64,000 bases of DNA from Candidatus Rokuibacteriota bacterium (GTDB lineage: Bacteria; Methylomirabilota; Methylomirabilia; Rokubacteriales; CSP1-6). The notes beneath the pieces are model-generated. The model had not been told where the DNA came from, searched no databases, and worked only from the letters and a program-made list of their open reading frames with translations. Numbering within the stretch: position 1 is the stretch's first letter; every line of letters starts with the position of its first letter. Both the position numbers and the translations under genes were made by a program. The DNA lies in contig JAUSJX010000081.1 of NCBI GenBank assembly GCA_030647435.1, positions 2,913-66,912 on the forward strand. Reading direction: 5' to 3'. Below, one piece after another: positions 28,331 to 36,089 of the stretch.

Positions 28331-29632
28331 GAACTCCTTGAAGCGCACCGTGAGCGGTCCCAGCAGCGCCACGGCGCCGAGGAGCCCGAAGCCCCAGATC
28401 CACTTGGACTCGGCCGAGGCGCCCCAGCGCGGCGCCCAGTCGAGCACGAATCCCACGGCCCATGGTGACAGCGCGCCGGCCGTGAAGCCCACCGTGGACT
28501 GGAGCGCCATGGTTCGCCCGAGATAGGTCGACTCGGCCGCATCGGCGATGCCGGTCGAGACGATGGCCGACTCGGACGTGATGAGCACGCCGTAGAGGAG
28601 CCCGAGCGCGACGAGGGTGGAGAACGGCCAGGCGAGACCCCAGCCGATCGCGAACGAGCACGCCGCCGAGAGCAGCATGAGCACGCTGATCGGCCGCGCG
28701 CGGCCGAAGCGATCGGAGACCAGGCCCGTGAAGGGATGGGGCAGGGCGCCGATGGCCAGCACGGCCGAGGCCGCGAGCGCGGCCCGCTGGTTGGCCTCGG
28801 CCAGGGCCGCTCCCGAGGCGACGAGGCTCGCGGTGAAGAAGGGGACGATCCAGCCGCGCATGCCCATGAGCTCGAAGGTGTGCGCACCGTAGGCCGTGAT
28901 GAGCCGCATGGCGGGGCGGTTCTTGAGGACAGGGCCCAGCCGCTCTCTATTGGTGCTGGCGGCGCCTGGCCTCCCGCTCGAGGGAACGGGCTTGGGCGCA
29001 GCCGCCATCCCACGGGGCAGGACGAACCAGCCGATCAGCCCTGCCAGGAGCGGCCCCGCCGCCGTCAGCGCGAAGGCCCAGCGCCAGCCCCACAGCCCAT
29101 TGGCCCAGCCCGTCAGCAGGAGCGACACGGATGTGCCAAGGGTGAAGCTGCCGATATAGCAGCCCATGGCGAAGCCGCGCCGGCCTTCAGCGAAGCGCTC
29201 GGCGACCATGCGCATGCCCGGCATGTACGTGCCGGCGAGCCCGAGCCCGACGGCGCCGCGCAGGAGGATGGCCGAGAGGAACCCCTGCGCCCAGAACGCG
29301 AAGGCCAGGCTGGCCGCGGCCGTCCAGAACGCGCTCCAGAGATAGATGCGGCGCGGCGGCATGTAGTCGGTCAGGGTCGCGAGGATCATGACCGCGCCGA
29401 TATAGCCGAACTGGTAGAAGGAGACGATCAGTCCCGCCTCGCTATTGCTGAGCCCCCAGTCCTTCTGGAGGATGGGCAGGAGCGCCGAGAAGTTGGAGAA
29501 GACCAGCAGTGTCCCGAGCTCGGAGGCGCAGATGGCGGCGAGCCAGGCGCGGTCGCTGTAGGTGAACCGGCCGCGGGCGCTGTAGGTGAACCGGCCGCGG
29601 GCGCTGTAGGCGAGTCGGCCGCGGGCGCTCAC
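28310..29632 (-). CDS. MFS transporter
   Basis: 12-TM major facilitator pattern ([22 protein letters not shown] loop motif). GTG start at 29632 overlaps the rarA TGA. The N-terminus carries three tandem SARGR(L/F)(A/T)Y units encoded by 24-bp repeats. Confidence 0.7.
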   Translation of the reverse strand: MSARGRLAYSARGRFTYSARGRFTYSDRAWLAAICASELGTLLVFSNFSALLPILQKDWGLSNSEAGLIVSFYQFGYIGAVMILATLTDYMPPRRIYLWSAFWTAAASLAFAFWAQGFLSAILLRGAVGLGLAGTYMPGMRMVAERFAEGRRGFAMGCYIGSFTLGTSVSLLLTGWANGLWGWRWAFALTAAGPLLAGLIGWFVLPRGMAAAPKPVPSSGRPGAASTNRERLGPVLKNRPAMRLITAYGAHTFELMGMRGWIVPFFTASLVASGAALAEANQRAALAASAVLAIGALPHPFTGLVSDRFGRARPISVLMLLSAACSFAIGWGLAWPFSTLVALGLLYGVLITSESAIVSTGIADAAESTYLGRTMALQSTVGFTAGALSPWAVGFVLDWAPRWGASAESKWIWGFGLLGAVALLGPLTVRFKEFTRAGCR

Positions 29633-30951
29633 CGCTTGCCCTGCTGCTCCCGCCACTTCCTCCACGCCTCGAGGCGCGCTGCCAACTCCTTCTCGAGCCC
29701 GCGGTCCACGGGCCGGTAATAGACGCGGCCGCGCAGCGCCTCGGGCAGATGTTCCTGGCTCACGCGCGCCTCCGCTGCGTCGTGCGCGTACTGGTAGCCC
29801 TTGCCGTATCCCTGGTTCGCCATGAGCCCGGTCGGGGCGTTGCGGAGGTGTAGCGGCACGGGCTCGGCGGGCTTGTCCTGGATGTCCTGGCGGACCTGGT
29901 TCCACGCGGCGTAGACGGCGTTCGACTTGGGCGCGAGCGCCAGGTAGCAGGCCGCCTGCGCGAGCGCGAGGTCACCCTCGGGCGAGCCCAGGAAGTGATA
30001 GGCCTCCTTGGCGTCGAGCGCCAGGCGCAGCGCCTGCGGGTCCGCGTTGCCCACGTCCTCGGAGGCGAAGCGCACGAGGCGCCGCGCGACGTAGAGCGCG
30101 TCCTCACCGGCCTCCAGCATGCGCCCGAGCCAGTAGAGCGCGCCGTCGGGGTCGGAGTCGCGCAGCGACTTGTGCAGGGCCGAGATCAGGTTGTAGTGCT
30201 CCTCGCCCGACTTGTCGTAGAGGAGCGCCTTCTTCTGGACGGCGTCGCGGATCGCGCCTTCCGTCACCGCGCCCGCGTGCAGCGTCACCGTCAGCTCGAG
30301 GATGTTCAGCGCGCCTCGCGCGTCGCCGTCCGAGAGGCGCGCGATCAGCCTCAGCGCGTCGGTATCGGCAGCGGCGGCCGTCCCGCCGAGCCCGCGCTCG
30401 GGATCGCGCAGCGCGCGCTCGAGGATGGCCACGATGTCCTCCTCCGACAGCGGCTGGAGCACGTAGACGCGGCAGCGCGAGAGGAGCGCGGCGTTGACTT
30501 CGAAGGACGGGTTCTCCGTGGTGGCGCCGATGAGGATGAGCGTGCCCTTCTCGACGTGGGGCAGGAAGGCGTCCTGCTGGCTCTTGTTGAAGCGGTGGAT
30601 CTCGTCCACGAAGAGGATGGTGCGCTTGCCGCCGCGCGCCCGGTCCGCCTCGGCCTCGGCCACGACCTGCCGGATCTCCTTGACGCCCGCCAGCACCGCC
30701 GAGAAGAGCACGAAGCGCGCGCCCGCGACGTGCGCCATGAGCGACGCAAGCGTCGTTTTGCCGGTGCCCGGCGGGCCCCAGAGGATCATGGAGTGAAGCT
30801 GCCCCTCTTCGAGCGCGCGGCGGAGGACCTTGCCCGGGCCGATCAGGTGCTGCTGGCCCACGACCTCGTCGAGGGTGCGCGGTCGGATGCGATCCGCGAG
30901 CGGAGCGGGGGCGGCGGGCGTGGCGGACGGCGGGGGATCGAAGAGATCCAC
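29629..30951 (-). CDS. rarA: Replication-associated recombination protein A (AAA+ ATPase RarA/MgsA)
   Basis: Walker [10 protein letters not shown], Walker [11 protein letters not shown], and the MgsA C-terminal tetramerisation helices. Confidence 0.9.
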   Translation of the reverse strand: MDLFDPPPSATPAAPAPLADRIRPRTLDEVVGQQHLIGPGKVLRRALEEGQLHSMILWGPPGTGKTTLASLMAHVAGARFVLFSAVLAGVKEIRQVVAEAEADRARGGKRTILFVDEIHRFNKSQQDAFLPHVEKGTLILIGATTENPSFEVNAALLSRCRVYVLQPLSEEDIVAILERALRDPERGLGGTAAAADTDALRLIARLSDGDARGALNILELTVTLHAGAVTEGAIRDAVQKKALLYDKSGEEHYNLISALHKSLRDSDPDGALYWLGRMLEAGEDALYVARRLVRFASEDVGNADPQALRLALDAKEAYHFLGSPEGDLALAQAACYLALAPKSNAVYAAWNQVRQDIQDKPAEPVPLHLRNAPTGLMANQGYGKGYQYAHDAAEARVSQEHLPEALRGRVYYRPVDRGLEKELAARLEAWRKWREQQGKR

Positions 30952-30960
30952 GGCGGGAGT

Positions 30961-31076
30961 ATACCCCGCAGTGCGAGCCGAAACGCCCGCCTCGGGCGGT
31001 GAGGCGAGGGCTGAGAGGCAGTGCGAGCCGAAACGCTCGCCTCGGGCGGTGAGGCGAGGGCTGAGAGAGTGGGGGG
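30961..31076 (+). repeat. Repeat family R2, two tandem ~57-bp units
   Basis: Unit gcagtgcgagccgaaacgc(c/t)cgcctcgggcggtgaggcgagggctgagag(g/a) repeated twice, related to 19066-19125. Each unit contains an internal inverted repeat (cgcctcg / cgaggcg). Confidence 0.75.
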
Positions 31077-31712
31077 CTACGCCAGCGCAGCGGGGAGATC
31101 GAGGAGCGAGGTGATGCGGGCCGTGACGCTGACGCCGCGGCGGTCGAGCTCGGCCGGGTCCGCGCGGTAGGCGATGAAGGGAATGCCGCCGGCCTGGGCG
31201 GCGAGCCCGTCCACCCAGGCGTCGCCCACCATCACCATGTGGGGCGCCGCGGGCCAGCGTAGGCGGACCACGCGGAGGCCGTCGGGATCCGGCTTAAGCG
31301 CGGTGACGTCGTCGCGGGTCACGACCAGGTCCAGGTGAGGCAGCAGGTCGAAGCGCGCGAGGACGAAGTCGGCGACCACGCGGTCGTTGTTGGTCCAGAT
31401 CGCGGTGGCGAAGCCCAGTTGCCTCATGGCGCGGAGCGCCTCGTCGGCGAAGGGCTCCAGCACCGCCTGCTCCATGGCGTGCCGCTCGTGGCGTTGGGGA
31501 ATGGCGAGGATCTCCGCCTCGAGATGGGGGGCCTCGCTTCGCACGAAGGCGAACAGCTCGGGCCCCGACCAGCGCAGCTCGCGCCGGGGCAGGGGCAGGC
31601 CCCGCTCGCGCACGAATGCTTCCATCTCGCGCCCCACCGCCTTGAGATCGAGCGGCGAGCTGACGAGGGTGTGGTCAAGGTCGAAGACGCAGACGGGAGG
31701 GCTCTGCGTCAC
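31077..31712 (-). CDS. HAD-superfamily hydrolase
   Basis: N-terminal DxDxT motif (VFDLDHTLV), Lys, and DD motif (MVGDAWVDG). Confidence 0.7.
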   Translation of the reverse strand: MTQSPPVCVFDLDHTLVSSPLDLKAVGREMEAFVRERGLPLPRRELRWSGPELFAFVRSEAPHLEAEILAIPQRHERHAMEQAVLEPFADEALRAMRQLGFATAIWTNNDRVVADFVLARFDLLPHLDLVVTRDDVTALKPDPDGLRVVRLRWPAAPHMVMVGDAWVDGLAAQAGGIPFIAYRADPAELDRRGVSVTARITSLLDLPAALA

Positions 31713-31716
31713 CGCC

Positions 31717-32742
31717 TCAGCCGCCGTGCGCAGTCCCGCGGTCGGGCTGCCCGCGGTCGGGCTGGTTGAGGAGATCGCGTAGGAGCTCGATGCCGCCGCT
31801 GTCCAGCGTACGGTCGGCCACGATCAGCTCGACATCCTTGGGCAGGCTCTCCCGGATGCGGGCCGCGGCTTGCTCGGAGCAGACGACGGTGCGCGTGCGC
31901 TCCAGCATGCGGTCCAGCGACCAGCTGTCGTCCGTGGAAGCGAGTACCGGGGTGACGTGCATGAGCCCCGCCGACTGCACGGAGCGCAGGAGGTTCTGGC
32001 CGCCGCTCGCGGTCGTGCAGACCAGTCCCACGGTGGAGCCCTCGGGCAGCTCGGTCAGCCGCAGGAGCGTCTTGATGCTTGCCTCGGCCAGCAGGGCCAC
32101 GGTAGGCGGGCCGTCCGGCGGCATGACGCGCCTCACCTCGTGGATGTGAAAGAAGGTCGTGATCACGACCCGGTAACCCTTGAGGAAGCCGGGATCACGG
32201 GCGGCTTTCGCCTCGAACTCGTCCACCAGCATCCGGTCGACCTGGAGCGGCAGCTCCGCCTCGAGCTCGTCTCGGTAGCGCGCCAGCTCCGCGTCGTTGC
32301 ACTCGACCAGGATGGCGCGGCGGCGCGCTACCTTGCCCGCGCGGCCCGCCGGCGCGCTCGAGGCCAGCGCGGCCAGGAATTCGTCCTGTGTGAAGCCGAG
32401 CCGCCGCACGCGCTCGAGGCTCTCGCCGACCAGGCGCTGGAGGCTGTGCGCCGCGCGCCCCTCCCGCGTCGGGCGGTCGGCCACGAAGGTGCCGCGTCCC
32501 TGCTGCCCCTCGACATAGCCGTCGCGCTCGAGGTCGGCGAGGGCGCGGGCGACCGTGTTGGGATTGATGCGGAGGAAGCCCGCCAGCTGGCGCACCGTGG
32601 GCAGCTGCATGCCCGGCTTGAGCGCGCCCGTGGAGATCAGGTGGCGGATCTGGGTCATGAGCTGCACGTGCACGGGCACGGCGCTCTTGCGGTTGACCCG
32701 GAGCCCCGAGGGTGGCGCTATGCGTGACGACTCACGCGCCAT
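31717..32742 (-). CDS. GntR-family transcriptional regulator with C-terminal effector-binding domain
   Basis: N-terminal winged HTH (LPTVRQLAGFLRINPNTVARALADLERDGYV). Start uncertain (ATG 32742 or GTG ~32697). C-terminus ends with a QPDRG x2 mini-repeat. Confidence 0.7.
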   Translation of the reverse strand: MARESSRIAPPSGLRVNRKSAVPVHVQLMTQIRHLISTGALKPGMQLPTVRQLAGFLRINPNTVARALADLERDGYVEGQQGRGTFVADRPTREGRAAHSLQRLVGESLERVRRLGFTQDEFLAALASSAPAGRAGKVARRRAILVECNDAELARYRDELEAELPLQVDRMLVDEFEAKAARDPGFLKGYRVVITTFFHIHEVRRVMPPDGPPTVALLAEASIKTLLRLTELPEGSTVGLVCTTASGGQNLLRSVQSAGLMHVTPVLASTDDSWSLDRMLERTRTVVCSEQAAARIRESLPKDVELIVADRTLDSGGIELLRDLLNQPDRGQPDRGTAHGG

Positions 32743-32752
32743 GAATGTGGTG

Positions 32753-33025
32753 CTAGACCGTGGCGCGTCGCGGCCCGGTGGCGCTCTTGACAGCCTGTCC
32801 CGCGAGGGACCGGCCCACCCGGATCAGCGCCAGCCCCAGGGCCACCCGCAGGGGAACGGGGGTCGGGCGCGTGGAGCCCATCAGTCTCGCCTGGGTCGCC
32901 ATGGCCCGCGCCTCTGCCAGCCGGTCTTTCCCGATCTGCTCAGCCAGGTAGTAGTTGATCACGTCCGTCCTCCTTTCGGGCCTCTCTGCCCGTCTTGCGG
33001 TCTCCGTAATAGTGTATTGGTACAT
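32753..33025 (-). CDS. Candidate small protein (90 aa), first gene of the gntR operon
   Basis: ATG at 33025 embedded in a palindrome (MYQYTITETARRAERPERRTDVINYYLAEQIGKDRL...). Its stop lies 11 nt before the gntR start. No family recognised. Confidence 0.3.
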   Translation of the reverse strand: MYQYTITETARRAERPERRTDVINYYLAEQIGKDRLAEARAMATQARLMGSTRPTPVPLRVALGLALIRVGRSLAGQAVKSATGPRRATV

Positions 33026-33045
33026 TGATACACTATTAACCGGCC
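33011..33045. promoter_or_regulatory. Perfect 10-bp inverted repeat AATAGTGTAT-N10-ATACACTATT, a candidate GntR-type operator
   Basis: Read directly from the sequence. GntR/FadR-type operators are GT..AC-containing palindromes. It lies at the 5' end of the small-ORF/gntR/HAD transcription unit. Confidence 0.45.
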
Positions 33046-33104
33046 ACACGCAACTCCCGGCGACATAGCTGGGCGGGCCCGAAAACACCCCCGCTCGCAG
33101 GCGG

Positions 33105-33235
33105 CTCAAAAAGGTCCAGATGCGAGGCGGCGCCCGCCGGCCGCACGCGAGGCGTACTCCTGTACGTTGAGCGTGCGGCCGAGGGCGCCCCCACAGTCTT
33201 CATGCTAAATGGCGCAGATGGGCCTTTTTCAGCCG
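33105..33235 (+). repeat. Intergenic repeat family R1, copy 3
   Basis: Shares the core ggtccagatgcgaggcggcgccc...cgcgaggcgtactcctgtacgttgagcgtgcggccgagggcgcc...gcagatgggcc with copies 1 and 2. Confidence 0.7.
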
Positions 33236-33241
33236 CCTGCA

Positions 33242-34588
33242 CTAGACGAGCCAGCGGAGGAGGAGGGTGGCGAGAGAGAGGAAGATCGTGACGCCGAGAA
33301 CGTCCTGGAAGGCGGTCTCGAACGGGCCGGCCGTGAGGGCGGGGTCGAAGCCCAGCCGCTTGGACAGCATGGGGATCGCCGTCCCCGCGCAGCCCGAGAG
33401 ATTGACCGAGACGAACATGGAGGTGGCGACCACGAACCCGAAGGTGAAGGAGTGCCACAAGAGCCCGATCGAGCCGACCACCACGGCGCAGACAGCCCCG
33501 AGGATGGCGGACGTCTGGGCCTGCCTCCAGAGCGGCTCCCACCACCGGCTGAGCTGGACCTGTCCCGTCGCCAAGCCCCGCACGACCATCGTTACCGACT
33601 GGAGGCCCGTATTGCCGGAGATCGCCTGGATCACCGGCATAAAGGACGCCAGGAGGATGACCTTGCCGAGGGTCTGGTCGAAGTAGTGGATGACCACGCC
33701 CGCCAGCATCTCGATCAGCAGCGTCAGCAGCACCCAGGGCAGGCGCAGCATGGCGACCTGGCGCGGGGAGCGGCGCTCGAGCTCGGCGGCATCCGAGCCG
33801 GCCATGCGGAAGATGTCTTCCGATGCTTCCTCCTGGACCACGTCCATGACGTCGTCCACGGTGATGGTGCCCACCAGCCGGTTCTGGTCGTCCACGACCG
33901 GGACGGTCACGAGGTCGTACTTCACGACGACCCGCGCGACCTCTTCCTTGTCCATCGTCGCGTTGACGCTCACGACCTCCTCCGCTTCGAGGATGCCGAG
34001 GATGAGGCTGCGCGGGTCGGCGAGAAGGAGGCGCCGGAGCGGCACCCGCCCGATGAGGTGCTGGTGATCGTCCACCGCGTACACGCCGAAGGGGCGCTCC
34101 TCGGTGACGGTCTTCCTGATGTGCTGGATGGCCTCCTCGACGGTCGACGTCTCGCGGATTGCCACGACGTCCTGGGACATGAGGCGCCCCGCCGAGTCTT
34201 CGGGATACTCGAGGATCTCCTGGATCTCTTCCGACTTCTCCTCTTCCATGAGGTCCAGGATCTTTTCCGCATGCTCGCTCGAGAGCTCGTCCACGACGTC
34301 GGCCGCGTGCTCCGCCGGCATCCGGTCGAGGATCATCGACACCTCGACGTCGTCCAGGGCGCGCACGAGCTCGAGCAGCGTGGCGTCGTCGAGCTCGGAC
34401 AGGACGTCGCCGGCCTGGTCCTGCCGGAGCGAGCGGAAGATCGTCGCGCGGTCGGCGAGCGGCAGCTGCTGGAGCACGTGGGCGATGTCGGCCGCGTGGG
34501 CTTCGACGAGCGCCTGAGTTGCGCGAACGTCGTCGCGGTTCTGGAGCAGCTCTTCGGCTGCGCGTAGCAGGCGCTCGCTCGTGTCCAT
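33242..34588 (-). CDS. mgtE: Magnesium transporter MgtE
   Basis: N-domain, tandem CBS domains, and the C-terminal MgtE TM domain (FMPVIQAISGNTGLQS...GFDPALTAGPF). ATG at 34588. The longer track ORF is an over-extension. Confidence 0.9.
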   Translation of the reverse strand: MDTSERLLRAAEELLQNRDDVRATQALVEAHAADIAHVLQQLPLADRATIFRSLRQDQAGDVLSELDDATLLELVRALDDVEVSMILDRMPAEHAADVVDELSSEHAEKILDLMEEEKSEEIQEILEYPEDSAGRLMSQDVVAIRETSTVEEAIQHIRKTVTEERPFGVYAVDDHQHLIGRVPLRRLLLADPRSLILGILEAEEVVSVNATMDKEEVARVVVKYDLVTVPVVDDQNRLVGTITVDDVMDVVQEEASEDIFRMAGSDAAELERRSPRQVAMLRLPWVLLTLLIEMLAGVVIHYFDQTLGKVILLASFMPVIQAISGNTGLQSVTMVVRGLATGQVQLSRWWEPLWRQAQTSAILGAVCAVVVGSIGLLWHSFTFGFVVATSMFVSVNLSGCAGTAIPMLSKRLGFDPALTAGPFETAFQDVLGVTIFLSLATLLLRWLV

Positions 34589-34694
34589 GGTGTGATCTCC
34601 GGAGTCGATTGTACCGGGCTGCCCGCGTTGCCGCGACGGAATATCCATCAGTAGAGGCCGGGCCGGGGCACCGTGGTAGCCTGACGGTATCCGT

Positions 34695-36089
34695 ATGGTG
34701 CACCTCCGCGCGTTCTCCGGCTTGCTCCTCGCGGGACTCGTAGCCGTCTCCGCCGGGCCCGCGCTGGCCCTCGACGAGGCCGAGCGCCTCATGCTGGTCG
34801 GCGAGAAGTCCTACGAGGACGGGCTCTACGCGCTCTCCCGCCGCACGCTCGAGCGCTTTCTCGAGCGCTTCCCCGGTGACAAGCGGGCTGGCGAGGCGAT
34901 GCTCCTCCTGGGCAAGGCCCGGCTCTCCCAGGGGTCTCTCGAGGCCGCGCTCGACGCCTTCAGGAAGACGGAGGGGTTCTCGCCCGTTCCCGGGAAGCCC
35001 CAGGAAGCGCGCTTCTGGGAGGCCGAGACGCTGTACCGGCTGAAGCGCTTCACCGACGCGCGCGCGGCCTATGCCCGCGTCATCTCGGCCGAGCCTGCCT
35101 CGCCGCTCCTCCCCGACGCCCTCTACTCGATCGGCTGGACCGACCTCGAGCTCAAGCGCCGGGATGCGGCCGTGATCGAGTTCGGACGGCTCGTCAAGGA
35201 ATTTCCCGATCACGCGGCGGGGCCCTCGGCCGCCATCCAGCTCGCCCGCGCCCTCATCGAGACGAAGCACGCCGACGAGGCCGTGGCGGTGCTCGAGCCG
35301 TTCCCGGCGAAGTACCCGGAGCACCGGCTGGTGCCGGAGGCGCGCTACTACCTGGCGCGCGCCCGGCTGGCGGCGGGCGACATGGACAAGGGCGTGGCCG
35401 AGCTCCGGGCCTTCGCGCGGGCCAACCCGGGGCACGAGCTGGCGCTCTCCGCGCGCCGCGTAGCGCTCGACACCCAGATCAAGGCCGGCAAGAAGAAGGA
35501 GCTCGCCGAGGAGTACGCGGCGCTGATGGGCCAGAAGCCTCCGGCGCCCGAAGGCCTCTACGACGCGGGCACCATCGCGGCGGCCCTCGACCGCCCGCGC
35601 GACGCAGACGCCGCGTGGGCGCGGCTCAGGAAAGAATTCCCGGAGCACGTCTTGACCGCCCGCGCCTCGCTGGAGCAGGCTCAGACGGCGTTCGGCAAGA
35701 AGAACTTCAAGGACGCCGCGACGCTGGGGCGCGCCGCCGCCAAGAGCCCCGAGGACGCCGTGCGGGGCGAGGCGCTCCTTGTCGTCGGCGAGAGCGAGAT
35801 GAAGCTACGGCACCCCGCCCAGGCGCTCCCGGCCTTCCAGGCCGCTGCGGACACGCCCGGGCTCGAGCCCGCGCTCCACTTCCGCGCGCTGGCAGGCAGC
35901 GGGCTCGCCCACGAGGACCAGAAGCAGTGGACGCAGGCCGCGAAGTACTACGAAGACGTCGCGGAGAAGAGCCCGGACAAGACGCTGGCCAACTGGGCCA
36001 AGACGCGCCGCGCGGCGATCGCGGCCCACCTCAAGCCGGCGCCCAAGCCGGCGCCCAAGCCGGCGCCCAAGACGGACAAGAAGCGATGA
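34695..36089 (+). CDS. Secreted tetratricopeptide-repeat protein (YbgF/CpoB-like)
   Basis: Signal peptide followed by multiple TPR-like helices. Low-complexity (KPAP)n tail. Confidence 0.65.
   Translation: MVHLRAFSGLLLAGLVAVSAGPALALDEAERLMLVGEKSYEDGLYALSRRTLERFLERFPGDKRAGEAMLLLGKARLSQGSLEAALDAFRKTEGFSPVPGKPQEARFWEAETLYRLKRFTDARAAYARVISAEPASPLLPDALYSIGWTDLELKRRDAAVIEFGRLVKEFPDHAAGPSAAIQLARALIETKHADEAVAVLEPFPAKYPEHRLVPEARYYLARARLAAGDMDKGVAELRAFARANPGHELALSARRVALDTQIKAGKKKELAEEYAALMGQKPPAPEGLYDAGTIAAALDRPRDADAAWARLRKEFPEHVLTARASLEQAQTAFGKKNFKDAATLGRAAAKSPEDAVRGEALLVVGESEMKLRHPAQALPAFQAAADTPGLEPALHFRALAGSGLAHEDQKQWTQAAKYYEDVAEKSPDKTLANWAKTRRAAIAAHLKPAPKPAPKPAPKTDKKR

Noticed and set aside
34589-34694. 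M-box (Mg2+) riboswitch upstream of mgtE
   Set aside because: Only ~105 nt of intergenic leader are available, shared with the divergent TPR gene. An M-box needs ~160 nt and I could not recognise its conserved helices.
33036-35648. 870-aa minus-strand ORF spanning mgtE and the TPR gene start
   Set aside because: Arg/Gly/Pro-rich low-complexity translation typical of an antisense or alternate frame in 70% GC DNA. It overlaps the well-supported mgtE (same strand, different frame) and the plus-strand TPR gene.
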